This document shows, piece after piece, positions 19,795 through 30,894 of a DNA stretch of 64,000 nucleotides. Position 1 is the first letter of the stretch. Every line of letters starts with the position of its first letter. The notes below the pieces were generated by a model that worked only from the letters and a program-made list of their open reading frames with translations, made no database searches and was not told the origin of the DNA. The position numbers and the translations under genes are program-made. The DNA comes from an uncultured Methanolobus sp. Lineage in GTDB: Archaea; Halobacteriota; Methanosarcinia; Methanosarcinales; Methanosarcinaceae. The stretch is taken from assembly GCA_963675495.1 (NCBI GenBank), contig OY776215.1:576001-640000 (forward strand), given 5' to 3'.

Positions 19795-21225
19795 TTGAAT
19801 ACAATTCGAAGAATTGCTAAAAACACTTTGGTATTATTAATATCTAAAGTCACTATTATTTTCTTTGGATTTTTTTATACTATCTATGCAGCTCGATACC
19901 TCGGAGTCGAAGGGTTTGGAGTATTGAGCTTTGCAATTGCTTTTACTGGAATAATAGTCCTTTTGGCAGATATTGGAATCAAGAACTTGACCATCAGAGA
20001 AATAGCACGTGATAAAACTCAAGCTGCTAAATATCTTGGAAATATTTCTATATTAAAATTGCTTTTAGTTTTAGTAACATTTTTTGTTGTGATTGTAGTT
20101 TCAAATTTTCTTGGCTATCCTCATCAAACAACAATGGTTATCTACATAATTACTGCTTCTTTTGTTTTGAGGAGCTTTTCAGAAATGTTTTACTCTATTT
20201 TTCAAGCATTTGAAAAAATGGAATATGCATCATTGGGAGGAATTTTGGATTCCATTTTAATGTTTTTTGGTGTGTTAATTGCAATAAAGCTAAATTTAGA
20301 AATAGTAACATTTGTAACAATTTATTTAATAACAAGTATCATTACTTTATTATACAGCAGTTTTATTTGCATCCACAAGTTTGCAATTCCACAAATTGAA
20401 GTAAATCTTGCTTTTTGGAAGCAACTTCTTGAAGAATCAATACCATTTTGGTTAACAAGCGTTTTTATAATAATATATTTTAGAATCGACATGGTGATGC
20501 TATCAGTATTGAAAAATGATATGGTTGTTGGATGGTATGCTGCACCTTATAGACTTGTAGATAGTCTAAGTCTGCTTCCAAGTCTAATCATGGCTGTAAT
20601 GTATCCTCTTTTTTCGAAGTATTATATTAATTCAACTGAATCACTTAATTTAGCTTTTCAAAAATCACTAAAAATCTTGATTATTATTGCATTACCAATT
20701 GGACTTGGAACCACTTTATTGGCAAAAGAAATAATATTATTGATATATGGGAGTGATTATTTCGAATCTATAATTGCTCTTCAGGTTCTTGCTTGGGCAG
20801 GTGTATTGGGAATTATTAACTTTACTCCAGCTACTTTGCTAAATTCAATCAATAAGCAAAGACCTCTCATGATTTTTACATTCATTGGAGCAACAGTAAA
20901 TATTATATTAAATTTTTTATTAATACCAACAATGAGTTATGTGGGTGCTGGAATTGCAACAATAATCACAGAATTTATTGTGGGAGTGCTTATATTATAT
21001 GAAGTTTATAGATTTCAGCCGGAATCTCTTATTGATGCACCTATAACAATTGCTAAATCAGTTACAGCAACTATTTTCATGGGTTTTTTCATATTTGCCT
21101 TTAAGCAATATACTATATTATTATTAATACCACTGGCAGCAATTTTGTATTTTATTTTGTTGTTTATGCTAAAAATACTTAGGAAAGATGAATATATTTT
21201 AGTAAAACAAATATTTAAAAAGTAA
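19795..21225 (+). CDS. Wzx/MOP-family oligosaccharide flippase
   Basis: RRIAKNT, ARYLGVEGFG, RIDMVML, VGWYAAPY; many TM segments. Confidence 0.9.
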   Translation: MNTIRRIAKNTLVLLISKVTIIFFGFFYTIYAARYLGVEGFGVLSFAIAFTGIIVLLADIGIKNLTIREIARDKTQAAKYLGNISILKLLLVLVTFFVVIVVSNFLGYPHQTTMVIYIITASFVLRSFSEMFYSIFQAFEKMEYASLGGILDSILMFFGVLIAIKLNLEIVTFVTIYLITSIITLLYSSFICIHKFAIPQIEVNLAFWKQLLEESIPFWLTSVFIIIYFRIDMVMLSVLKNDMVVGWYAAPYRLVDSLSLLPSLIMAVMYPLFSKYYINSTESLNLAFQKSLKILIIIALPIGLGTTLLAKEIILLIYGSDYFESIIALQVLAWAGVLGIINFTPATLLNSINKQRPLMIFTFIGATVNIILNFLLIPTMSYVGAGIATIITEFIVGVLILYEVYRFQPESLIDAPITIAKSVTATIFMGFFIFAFKQYTILLLIPLAAILYFILLFMLKILRKDEYILVKQIFKK

Positions 21226-21471
21226 ATTTTAAATGGATTATCCAAAAGTTGTTATTAGTATTAGCATGGAAAAGAAGATACGATTGAAAATCTTTAATTT
21301 TCAAAACATGTTACTTATTTAAACTATGAGATTAAGTAATTGACAATATGTCCACATATGGGTTAGTTGAATGCTTACAGAATTAAGATATGGATATACA
21401 ACTAATAGTAAATAAAGAAAAAATAGGATATTCAGAAGGTATTAATGTTCGCAAATTGAAAGCATTTAAAA

Positions 21472-23074
21472 CCCAAGTTTGACAGTCAAAAGTAATAAAA
21501 GTGTTCTTAATTCTGTTGTATTCGACCAAAAATGCAAACAAAACTAAGAACATTTAACATTATTCCCAATGGAAATATATGTTTTCCCATTGGGACGATT
21601 TTGGCTGTAAACCAACTTTATGGTATCCTTGATTTATCCACTGTTTTCAGCAAACACAAAAAGAATGGAATTGACATCAACAGCTTGCTGAAAGCTCTTG
21701 TCAGCTACAAGCTGACAGATAATTTCAGCATAAGTAAAACTCACGAATGGATAAATCGTGATGAAGTTCTTGATATTTTCAGTCTTCCAGAATTTAGTGA
21801 AAGAACTCTGTACAGGGTTCTTGAAACCCTGGGAAATAATCGTGAAACGATTATTTCTGATATTCAAGACAGGCTGTTTGCCAGATATGATTTTGAGCAT
21901 ACCTATATCAACTTGGACTGGACAAGTATCGTTCTACATGGTGACAAATCACCGTTAGGAAAGTATGGATATAGTCGTGACCATAGGTCAGATAAGAAAC
22001 AGATAACTTTGGGAATAAGTGAACTTGCTGATCCCATAAATGTCCCCATAGGTATTACAGTAGAAAAAGGGAATATGCAGGATCAGAAACATTTCAGGAA
22101 AACATACCAACAGGTAAACAAACGATTGAAACAAGAATCTCTTGTTGTTTTTGATAAAGGAGCACACAGCATAGGAAATACTTCTCTGATACGAGAGGAT
22201 AAGCTGCATTACCTGACTGCAAGAAAACTCAACACAAGTGATGATAAGAAAATATTAACATTCTGGAAATGTTCTCCTGAACTGATCGATCCAAAAAATG
22301 GAAAATATGGCCTAAAGATCATTAAACCAAGTAGTGTCAACTACTTCTATTTTTCAGAAAAACTCCAGAAGGAACAACTTGACTCCAAAGCAAGAAAAGT
22401 CATTAGACAAATGAAAGAAGCAAAGGCAATACAGGAGTCAATTGACAAGAAAAAGAGGCTTCCTAAAAGATTCAGGATCAATAATGTCCTTGTTGATGTT
22501 ACTTATTCTTTGCAGACTAAACTGATGAAACTTGATGAACAAGAAGCAATCAAACTCCTTGAAGAACACTTGATTACAGGTAGAGAAGGATTTTTCTGTT
22601 TGAAATCAAGCAAGAATTTGACACTAAAAGAAGCTCTTCAAACTTATCGAAAAAAAGATTCTGTTGAGAAGATCATCAATTCACTGAAGAATGAAATCGA
22701 GATTAAACCACTAAGAGTGTGGACGGATGCTAGCATTTATGGTGCCGTAATCATTGGATTCATTGCACAACTTTTCATATCGCTAATGCGATATGAGTTC
22801 AATGAACTCAAACATAAGTCTACAAAATTCATAAAAAATAGCCTATTGAATTTGACAGTAACCGTAGATTTCACGGGAAATGAGCAAAAAAAGTACATTT
22901 ACGCCAATTTCGATGAAATAAATTCACTGATATTAAGGCAAAAGTGGGTAAAATCGTAGAAAAATCTATGAAACTGACCTAACTGCCAAATAGGTTTTCC
23001 TGACAAAAAAAGAAAAATTAGGGTAAAAGAGAAAACATTCTCTTTATCAAGGAGTGAAAACTGTCAAAGTTGGG
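21472..23074 (+). mobile_element. IS1634-family insertion sequence, complete (1603 bp)
   Basis: Terminal inverted repeats CCCAAGTTTGACAGT / ACTGTCAAAGTTGGG (14 of 15 match); 6-bp TSD TTAAAA at 21466-21471 and 23075-23080. Confidence 0.92.
21532..22959 (+). CDS. IS1634-family DDE transposase
   Basis: NLDWTS, YGYSRDHRSDKKQI, VVFDKG, YRKKDSVEKIINSLK motifs. Confidence 0.9.
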   Translation: MQTKLRTFNIIPNGNICFPIGTILAVNQLYGILDLSTVFSKHKKNGIDINSLLKALVSYKLTDNFSISKTHEWINRDEVLDIFSLPEFSERTLYRVLETLGNNRETIISDIQDRLFARYDFEHTYINLDWTSIVLHGDKSPLGKYGYSRDHRSDKKQITLGISELADPINVPIGITVEKGNMQDQKHFRKTYQQVNKRLKQESLVVFDKGAHSIGNTSLIREDKLHYLTARKLNTSDDKKILTFWKCSPELIDPKNGKYGLKIIKPSSVNYFYFSEKLQKEQLDSKARKVIRQMKEAKAIQESIDKKKRLPKRFRINNVLVDVTYSLQTKLMKLDEQEAIKLLEEHLITGREGFFCLKSSKNLTLKEALQTYRKKDSVEKIINSLKNEIEIKPLRVWTDASIYGAVIIGFIAQLFISLMRYEFNELKHKSTKFIKNSLLNLTVTVDFTGNEQKKYIYANFDEINSLILRQKWVKS

Positions 23075-23217
23075 TTAAAAATAATACAGATTATGTAATG
23101 GTTCTAAACAATGACACGTTTGTTGGTTCCAATTTTTTAGTAGAATTATTTAATATTGCAGAATCGGATTCAAAAATCGAAGTGTTGGTTCGAAAACCCA
23201 TTAGGCAGATTCAATTA

Positions 23218-24279
23218 TTATATTAAATCCACATCTTCAAGCATTCTTTGGACACGATTGACATACGTATGATCCCTATAAACTCTTTTTTGTCCCCTTT
23301 TAGCAATTTTTTCCCTTTCATCTCCATTTTCAATATAGTAATTAATTTTATCGAACAATTCTTTTTCAGTACTATAGCATTCGATTTCTGTTCCAATTTC
23401 AAATAAATCATTCAAACTCGCTTTATAGTCTATCAATTCAAATCCTCCTGAACCTAATATCTCAAAAGTTCTTGGATTTAAACCTTCAAGAGATTGAGAG
23501 TGATGCATATTTAAACATATTTTAGATTGATTATAAATGTTGTTTATTCGATTATAATCTATATCATAATTATTAATTTTAGATGATAATTTTTGTGTTT
23601 TTACTTTATAATTATAGTACGATAAAGGATTATACCAAGTCCAACATCTTGACCATATTTGCAAATTAAGATTCTCATTTAGAGAGCAAACATTATCCAA
23701 TAATTCTTTTCTGGCAGGATATAAATTGCCAATAAAAGAAATGTCAATAGATTGCTCTATATCTCCCTTAAGTTTGAAATAGCAATCTGGATCATATGCC
23801 ATTGGAAGAACCTTTGCTTCAACTTTATATTTCTTCAATTTACTAACATCTGAAGGTTCAAAAGTATAAAAATAGTCATATAGTTTAGCGCTGTTAAGTA
23901 TATTCTTATATCGAAAGGGACTATCATAGCACCAAATAACATGAGGAGATGAAGTTATACTTTTTATAGATTTTACTGTTTCTGGAAATAAAATATCTCC
24001 CCTTAATGTTAATATCAAATCAGGTTCAATTTTTTTTATTTGTTCAATTAGTTTCTTATTAAAATCGATAATTTCATTTCTCATAAATTTGTTCAATCGA
24101 TCAGTTTCATCCATTTTCATATGAAGAATCTGGGAAACAAAAGACTTCCATCTATAACCAACAGCAGAATACAAATCAGGCCAATCTAATAATTCAGTAG
24201 TATCTGCAAAACTATCTATTGCTTTAGTAATCATAGAATTATATGTATAAAATATAGGACCATTCACTAATATTTTCAT
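23218..24279 (-). CDS. CgeB/DUF3880-like glycosyltransferase (GT-B)
   Basis: DISFIG, IYNQSKICLN, NPRTFEILGSGGF, HTYVNRV. Confidence 0.85.
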   Translation of the reverse strand: MKILVNGPIFYTYNSMITKAIDSFADTTELLDWPDLYSAVGYRWKSFVSQILHMKMDETDRLNKFMRNEIIDFNKKLIEQIKKIEPDLILTLRGDILFPETVKSIKSITSSPHVIWCYDSPFRYKNILNSAKLYDYFYTFEPSDVSKLKKYKVEAKVLPMAYDPDCYFKLKGDIEQSIDISFIGNLYPARKELLDNVCSLNENLNLQIWSRCWTWYNPLSYYNYKVKTQKLSSKINNYDIDYNRINNIYNQSKICLNMHHSQSLEGLNPRTFEILGSGGFELIDYKASLNDLFEIGTEIECYSTEKELFDKINYYIENGDEREKIAKRGQKRVYRDHTYVNRVQRMLEDVDLI

Positions 24280-24288
24280 AATCTACCC

Positions 24289-26148
24289 TCATTCAATTTG
24301 GTATAAACTCAATCCATCATTATCATATATTTTGAAAACATATGAATCTCTTTCGAGTAAACTAAAGTCACTTGGAAGTAACCTCCAATTTTCTTCATAC
24401 TCAGGAAAAACTGTTTGATAAAAATACTCCATTTGTAAAGGTATAACCATATATCTTTTATTTTGATAATAATTCCCTAGGGATACATTGCTTGTATACC
24501 CAAAATGATATGGAATCATTGTGTTTTCGTTCCTAATATCATTTTTTCGTGCCGCTACGCCAAACAACATATCATGAAATCTATTTTGATTAGTACCTAA
24601 TTCTTGGATTAAGTAACCTTCATCTCCATAATCAAAAAGCCACTTAAACCCAGTTACTTCCATTTCAGAAATTTGATGATTAGATAATCTGGCGTGGGGG
24701 GATGGGTAGAAAGTAATAACTGACGTAAAGACGAATGATAAAATTATCATATAGGTACATAATAATTTAAAAGTTGTCATACAATCAATTTTCTCTACAA
24801 ATTCATGCACAGATACTAGGTTCTTTTGTGTAAATGACTGAAGACCCAGTCCAACTACAATCGTACCAAAAAACATTGCAAATTTGTAAACTCGCCAAAA
24901 ATCAATTATGAAATCATTGAAGAAAAAGACTATAGATAATAAAACAAAAAGTAAAAAGCAAAAAGAATACAAAAAGTGATAATAACTATAATTTAGTGAT
25001 TTTTTCTTTCTCAATATAATGGCTATAAAGTAAATAGAGAATATACCTCCAATTATACTCATGATGATAATTAATCCAAACTGAAAATATGCAATTTCTA
25101 GCAATTTTGAAAAAGGTAACGTAATTTGATTACTGATGCTACTATACATTTGATAATTTGATGATTCTGAGCCATAAAGTAAAGAACTCAAAGCACTTTT
25201 AAGACTTCCAATTACTGACGAAAATGAGAAATACCAACTAAAAAAAAGAATAAAGGAAACTATTATTGCATTCAATCCACCGAAACCTGGCGATAAATAG
25301 TTTTTATTTTGTGAAAACTGAATATTATTAGAATAGGTTATAGAAGTTATTAGAACAGCCATAAAAATAGCCATAAAAAACAATATAGTCACTGGATGAA
25401 AGAAAGTAATGCAAGCCATTGTAATGAATAGCAAAATACGGAATTCTACACAATTATATATATCAGAATATGATTTAAAAAATAAATATAGTGTGAATGG
25501 TAGCAATAAAAATGATTGAAAGCTTGGAACAAAAATTAATTCACTACCGCCGAATAATAAAATTGTAGATAAGTTTAATGCAAATACAAAAAAAATTCTG
25601 TTTCTGAAAGTAGTCTTCATTAGCAAGTAAATGGAAATCATATAATAGATAGAAAATATGACTGGCGTAATTAGTATTATTTTTTCAATATTCAAATTCA
25701 AAAAGTATGATAAAGAAGTAGCAAATATATGATCAAGAGGATAATAATTCGACCCAATGCCTGCTGTTTCCATTAAATCTCGAATAATTCCGATATGGGT
25801 TGGAGGATCTCCTCTGCCATAAGTATAATAGCCCCGAATTAAAGGTAGAAATAATAAAATAGCATTTGTTAGTAAAATTGCTGTATAACCATAAATCCAG
25901 TATTTATTTTTGTTAGAAAATAAAGATGTCCTAATAAGAATTAATTGTCCAATAGAAATCGATAATAAAATTGATAGCCAAAAATACCATGGATAGACTT
26001 TATAAATTGAGATTTCATATCCATTAATGTTAGAAGTTGTTGCAAGAATACATAGCGCAAATTGAATTAAAGAAAATGAAACGATGCATAAAATCTTATC
26101 AAGATTTTTATTTGGCAAAATTAATAAGTCAATGTTCATATTAATCAT
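24289..26148 (-). CDS. Polytopic membrane protein of glycan locus (putative polymerase or GT-C-fold enzyme)
   Basis: About 13 hydrophobic segments; loop motif GRGDPPTH, YYPLDH, FFHP; soluble C-terminus ending KIYDNDG. Confidence 0.7.
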   Translation of the reverse strand: MINMNIDLLILPNKNLDKILCIVSFSLIQFALCILATTSNINGYEISIYKVYPWYFWLSILLSISIGQLILIRTSLFSNKNKYWIYGYTAILLTNAILLFLPLIRGYYTYGRGDPPTHIGIIRDLMETAGIGSNYYPLDHIFATSLSYFLNLNIEKIILITPVIFSIYYMISIYLLMKTTFRNRIFFVFALNLSTILLFGGSELIFVPSFQSFLLLPFTLYLFFKSYSDIYNCVEFRILLFITMACITFFHPVTILFFMAIFMAVLITSITYSNNIQFSQNKNYLSPGFGGLNAIIVSFILFFSWYFSFSSVIGSLKSALSSLLYGSESSNYQMYSSISNQITLPFSKLLEIAYFQFGLIIIMSIIGGIFSIYFIAIILRKKKSLNYSYYHFLYSFCFLLFVLLSIVFFFNDFIIDFWRVYKFAMFFGTIVVGLGLQSFTQKNLVSVHEFVEKIDCMTTFKLLCTYMIILSFVFTSVITFYPSPHARLSNHQISEMEVTGFKWLFDYGDEGYLIQELGTNQNRFHDMLFGVAARKNDIRNENTMIPYHFGYTSNVSLGNYYQNKRYMVIPLQMEYFYQTVFPEYEENWRLLPSDFSLLERDSYVFKIYDNDGLSLYQIE

Positions 26149-26163
26149 TATTATAGCACATTG

Positions 26164-27330
26164 TCATAATTTATTTACCACAGTTTCATACATTTCTAGT
26201 GTCTGTTTGACTACTACATCTGGATGATACTTTTTAATAGCAGTTTCTTTTGCATTTTCACCAAACTTGAATCTTTGATTAGATTTTTCAAGCAGTTCTA
26301 TTGTATATTTAGCTATTTTTTCATAATCATTATTTTTTACAATATATCCTGTTACTCCATTTTCAACAACATATCTATTGCTATTAATATTAGAAGCAAT
26401 TACAGCTGTTCCTGATGCCATTGATTCTATTATTGACATTGGTTGCGTTTCCTGATGAGAGAGAAGATATACAATTGATGTCTTTCCATACAGATTGATA
26501 ATTTTCTCTCTCGAAACACTTCCTAAATATTCGACATTTGCAGTAATATTATTTTTAACAATAGCCTCATTTACTTTTTTTAAGTATATTTTATCAGAAC
26601 TACCAGTCATTATCAGTTTTACATCAGGTATTTTTTCTTTTACTATTTTAATTGCTTCAATTGCAGCCAATTGATTTTTTCGTTCAATGATTCTAGCAGG
26701 ATAATAAATTAAATTATTATCTTGTTCATTTATAGTATTTGAAAAGAAAACATCATCAATAGGATTATTTATCTGAAAAATGCTATTCATTTCATCGTAT
26801 AAATTCAATTCTTGAAGTACATCTATTACATAAGGGCTGATAGCAACGAAACCATCTAATTTTGGCAAAATTTTTTTTAATATAAGCATATTATAATCAC
26901 TATATAATATATGAGATAAAGATTTTCTAGCAAATTTCTTTTCAATATGGAACATCCCATGCAAGGTCAATACAATAGGAACTTCCATATCTATGATTTT
27001 AGTTAGTGCTGTGGGATAATGAGCATGTATTAAGTCGAAAGTATTTGACTCTATGAATTTTCTCACTATCACTGAATCTCCAAAAATCCGAGGTAAAAGA
27101 TTTAAACGTGCAAAATAATGCACTTGCACTTTAGGAAAATATTCGTGAACAAAACTATCTTTGACAGTACTATGGATAGTTAGTATAGTTATGTCTATTT
27201 TTTGATTAAGGCTCATGTTTTTGACAAGATTATACAGCACATTTTCAGGTCCTGCATTCGGGCTATTATTTGGCAATGGAAAATCTCCAATAAAACATAT
27301 TTTCACTAAATTCACCACACTATTTTCCAA
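26164..27330 (-). CDS. GT4 glycosyltransferase
   Basis: DLIHAH, LTLHG, ETQPMSIIESMASGTAVI. Confidence 0.88.
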   Translation of the reverse strand: MENSVVNLVKICFIGDFPLPNNSPNAGPENVLYNLVKNMSLNQKIDITILTIHSTVKDSFVHEYFPKVQVHYFARLNLLPRIFGDSVIVRKFIESNTFDLIHAHYPTALTKIIDMEVPIVLTLHGMFHIEKKFARKSLSHILYSDYNMLILKKILPKLDGFVAISPYVIDVLQELNLYDEMNSIFQINNPIDDVFFSNTINEQDNNLIYYPARIIERKNQLAAIEAIKIVKEKIPDVKLIMTGSSDKIYLKKVNEAIVKNNITANVEYLGSVSREKIINLYGKTSIVYLLSHQETQPMSIIESMASGTAVIASNINSNRYVVENGVTGYIVKNNDYEKIAKYTIELLEKSNQRFKFGENAKETAIKKYHPDVVVKQTLEMYETVVNKL

Positions 27331-27339
27331 AAACTGAAT

Positions 27340-28452
27340 TTATCCTAATAATTTAAAGTACTGATTAGAGATTTGATTGGCAACATTTTTCCAATCATAC
27401 CTATCCTTGATTTTTTGTTTATTGCATTTACTCATCATCATTCTTAAATTAGGATTTTCAATCAATTTAATAATCCGATTTGCTAATTCAAGATGATCTC
27501 CGGGAGTTATTAGGTATCCATTTTCCCCATCATCAATGACCTCAGGAATACCACCAACATGAGAGCTAATTACAGGCAAACCACTAGCCATTGCTTCCAA
27601 CATGGCTATTGGTAAGCCTTCGGCATACGAAGGTAACAAAAAAATATCAGATACCGCAAACAATTCATACTTTTCTTCATCACTTATGTTAGGTTTGACT
27701 GTAACGTAATCTTCTAATCCTAAGTCTTTACAAGTTTCTCTAAATTCATCAATTTGCCCTTTTACTTCTTCTGAACCCGCAAAAGTAAAGTGTACCTGTT
27801 TGTTCTTTTTGGTAATACTGTTTATAGATTTTAAAACATCATAAATTCCCTTTCTTTCAACAAGATTTCCCAAAAATAAAATATTCGTATTATCATGATG
27901 GTACTTTTCAATTTCTGTATTTTTATTGTATGATTCATATTTGGAGTAATGTACTCCATTAGGAAGGACAAAAATTTTATTTTCATCAACAATCTTCCTA
28001 AAAAATGATTCCCAACTAGATGACAAAACAATAACTGTATCAGCGCAATTTAGAAGATATTTTATCAATCCTTTTTTAAGATGGTTGCTATTATTATAAA
28101 ACAAATCAAATTTTGCTCCATGAACATGCATTATTGTTTTTGATCCAAATATTTTAGCTACGATTAAAAGGAGGGATTTATCCCAGAATGCTAAATAAGA
28201 AGATGTATGAATATGGACAATGTCGGGCTTTTCGGTGGCAAGTATCTGACTTAGCCTTGAGAGTATGTTTAAGGAAAGTATCAAGTTCTTGATGTTCGAT
28301 TTTTTAATTGAAAGATCTCTTGCAGTATTGAGATGCATAATTGAAAATCTATCTTTTATTTCTGAAGCTAACATATCCTCTACGTATGTTGAGATTCCTC
28401 CCATTGGGGGGGGAGTTGGTCCCACTATAAGAACAGATTTATCTTGGTTCAT
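27340..28452 (-). CDS. GT4 glycosyltransferase
   Basis: PPPMGGI, PSYAEGLPIAMLEAMASGLPVI. Confidence 0.92.
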   Translation of the reverse strand: MNQDKSVLIVGPTPPPMGGISTYVEDMLASEIKDRFSIMHLNTARDLSIKKSNIKNLILSLNILSRLSQILATEKPDIVHIHTSSYLAFWDKSLLLIVAKIFGSKTIMHVHGAKFDLFYNNSNHLKKGLIKYLLNCADTVIVLSSSWESFFRKIVDENKIFVLPNGVHYSKYESYNKNTEIEKYHHDNTNILFLGNLVERKGIYDVLKSINSITKKNKQVHFTFAGSEEVKGQIDEFRETCKDLGLEDYVTVKPNISDEEKYELFAVSDIFLLPSYAEGLPIAMLEAMASGLPVISSHVGGIPEVIDDGENGYLITPGDHLELANRIIKLIENPNLRMMMSKCNKQKIKDRYDWKNVANQISNQYFKLLG

Positions 28453-28535
28453 ATGAAATTTTCAACATCCTTATATAAGTTTTTAAAAATATGTTCTGCT
28501 AATTATACTGACATTTTTTATTTCACAATATAATT

Positions 28536-29891
28536 TCAGCTATTGTTATATACCTGCGAAATCACCACACGATGCTTTCCTGAAGGAGGAGTCTTAATCG
28601 AGTCCACATAATTGATATGAATCGTGCAATCGTCATTAAAATATTTGTACAATGACTTTTTAATAGCTTCTGTTACTTGCTCATTATAAGTTTTCTTCTT
28701 CACAAGCAACAGTTCTAACTTATCTATATGTGTTTGAATCACTTGATATTTTTGAATGTCTTTTTCAAACATCTGAAAAATATCTGGTATAAGTGTACTT
28801 GGAATTAATTTTCCATCTTTTGTAACTAAAATGTCATTTTTTCTTCCGACAATAGAATGAATTAATGGTAAGCTTCTTCCACATTCACATTTTTTGCTTG
28901 TAGGAATTCCTAAATCACCATTTTCATAACGTATCAAAGGCATGCCTAAATTTGTATAATCAGTAACAAGAATGCTACCTATCTCTCCATCATTCACTCT
29001 TTTTCCATTATTGTCTATAAATTCTAAAAATACATTTTCTATTGCAATATGATATCCTGAATGATTATCACATTCCTGTGCATAAGTGGCTTCTTTACTT
29101 CCATAATGATCAAAGACTTTACAGTTCAATTGTTTTTCTATTGTTTGTCGATAATGTGGATGTAAAGTTTCAGAATCTGAGATTGCAGAACTTACATTTA
29201 AACAAATATTATTATTTTCTAAGAATTTCGAAAATAAGTATAGTGATGAGGAATAACCATAGAGAACTTTTGGACTAAAATTTTTAATAGTTTCAGTATA
29301 TTCGGCAAATATCCGGTCATTAACTCCAAATGTTGGTAATCTTTTTTGTCTCATCAATTTTAGATAAGCTTTTGCTTGGATTTTTCTAAAAATTTCATCA
29401 TCATATAATGATGCAGTCAAACTAATCCACTTGTCACCAAAGAAATCTAAACCAGCCCACTCAAAAAACCTGTATTGTGCAGCTCTTACGTGTCCCATAG
29501 ATGCCTTGTCACGTGCAAACCTCAAAGGAATACCTGTTGATCCACCTGTAGTTTTATAGAGCAATTTACTTTTTGGAATATTTTGTGCTACAAGTGAATC
29601 AAAATTGTTTCGAATATCTTTTTTAGTTAATAGTGGAAGTTTTATTAAATCGTCTGTTGTTTTAATGTCAGCAGGAGTTAAGTTCAGTTCGTTAAATAAC
29701 TGATGATAATATGGTACATTTTTATATGCATGATTAATGAGAATACGAAGCCTTTTGTTTTGTAAGTTCTGAATTTGTGCAGGAGTGTACCATTGTGTTT
29801 TTTTCAGATATTCTAAGTTCGATAGTGTTTTCGTTCCAAAATATAATTCCATTAAAGGGTATATGCATTTTTTTAGTAGATAATCATACAC
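28536..29891 (-). CDS. Phenylacetate-CoA ligase family (CapK-like) adenylating enzyme
   Basis: HAYKNVPYY, TTGGSTGIP, HYGSKE, MPLIRYENGD, GRKND. Confidence 0.88.
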   Translation of the reverse strand: MYDYLLKKCIYPLMELYFGTKTLSNLEYLKKTQWYTPAQIQNLQNKRLRILINHAYKNVPYYHQLFNELNLTPADIKTTDDLIKLPLLTKKDIRNNFDSLVAQNIPKSKLLYKTTGGSTGIPLRFARDKASMGHVRAAQYRFFEWAGLDFFGDKWISLTASLYDDEIFRKIQAKAYLKLMRQKRLPTFGVNDRIFAEYTETIKNFSPKVLYGYSSSLYLFSKFLENNNICLNVSSAISDSETLHPHYRQTIEKQLNCKVFDHYGSKEATYAQECDNHSGYHIAIENVFLEFIDNNGKRVNDGEIGSILVTDYTNLGMPLIRYENGDLGIPTSKKCECGRSLPLIHSIVGRKNDILVTKDGKLIPSTLIPDIFQMFEKDIQKYQVIQTHIDKLELLLVKKKTYNEQVTEAIKKSLYKYFNDDCTIHINYVDSIKTPPSGKHRVVISQVYNNS

Positions 29892-30882
29892 GCATTATCC
29901 CTCCAATCAAATTGAAAAGAGTGCCCAATCCATACATTATATGTTGTAAAGGAATTATCAAAAGAGTTAACAATGCTGCAGGAGACTTCATTTTAAGTAT
30001 AACACTTAAAGTTGAGTGCAAAACTAAAACAATATAAATCAATGTGAGTGCTCCCAGTATCCATAAAAAAAAGATATATTTCAACGAAGCAATTAACGCA
30101 ATTATAGCAAAAACTATGCAACTAGCTGGTAAAACCGCATACCACCTTACCATGTCTTTGTGTTTTTGGAATAATTTAGTCATCCATGTTCCATACTTAA
30201 ACATCCTTATTGAAAAAGACTTAACATTCCCTCTTCTATGGTGCAAAACGATTGCTTCAGGAACATATAGAAAACGATAACCCTTCTTTCCAATTCTATG
30301 ATTAAGGTCACCATCTTGACCTATTACAAAACACTCGTCAAAGCATCTAACTTCTTTAATTATGGACTTTCTATATAGTGCATTACAATTTGGCAACGAT
30401 GGGACAAATTTCTTTTTAGAAGAATTATTAGCTTGGGCGGAACCGCCTGATCCTAAAAAAGTTTCCTGTGCATAACCAACAACCTTTGCAAATGTAGGGT
30501 CCGTATCAAAAATGAGATTTGGACCGCCAACACATGCTACATCTTCGGGAGCTTTTGTGATTTCCTTAATTAATGTTTTAAGCCAAAGTTTATCTGCTTT
30601 GCAATCTCCGTCTGTGAATGAGACAAAATCTCCTTTAGCTGCCTTTACACCAAGGTTTCTAGCAGCAGCAACGTTCTTTCTTTCATTGAGTATCAGTTTA
30701 ACGGGATATTTTTTAACGATACTTTGAGTATTGTCAGTGGACATCCCATCAACAATGATAATTTCATAAAGTTCTTTAGGGTATTCTTGGCTGAGAAGTG
30801 ATTCGATACATTCAACAATGTATTTTTCCTCATTTCTAATGCCAACTACAACTGAAACAAAAGGATATTCCACGTTTTTCAC
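29884..30882 (-). CDS. GT2 glycosyltransferase with C-terminal TM helices
   Basis: VSVVVGIRNEE, VDGMSTD, AARNLG, FTDGD. Confidence 0.9.
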   Translation of the reverse strand: MKNVEYPFVSVVVGIRNEEKYIVECIESLLSQEYPKELYEIIIVDGMSTDNTQSIVKKYPVKLILNERKNVAAARNLGVKAAKGDFVSFTDGDCKADKLWLKTLIKEITKAPEDVACVGGPNLIFDTDPTFAKVVGYAQETFLGSGGSAQANNSSKKKFVPSLPNCNALYRKSIIKEVRCFDECFVIGQDGDLNHRIGKKGYRFLYVPEAIVLHHRRGNVKSFSIRMFKYGTWMTKLFQKHKDMVRWYAVLPASCIVFAIIALIASLKYIFFLWILGALTLIYIVLVLHSTLSVILKMKSPAALLTLLIIPLQHIMYGLGTLFNLIGGIMRV

Positions 30883-30894
30883 CCACCCTGATTA

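Larger units (their letters stand above)
21232..23215 (+). pseudogene. Decayed GT2 (rhamnosyltransferase-like) gene interrupted by the IS1634 element
   Basis: Removing the IS and one TSD gives ...KAFKNNTDYVMVLNNDTFVGSNFLVELFNIAESDSKI (DYxxxLNND GT2 motif); upstream part is riddled with stops and frameshifts. Confidence 0.6.
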
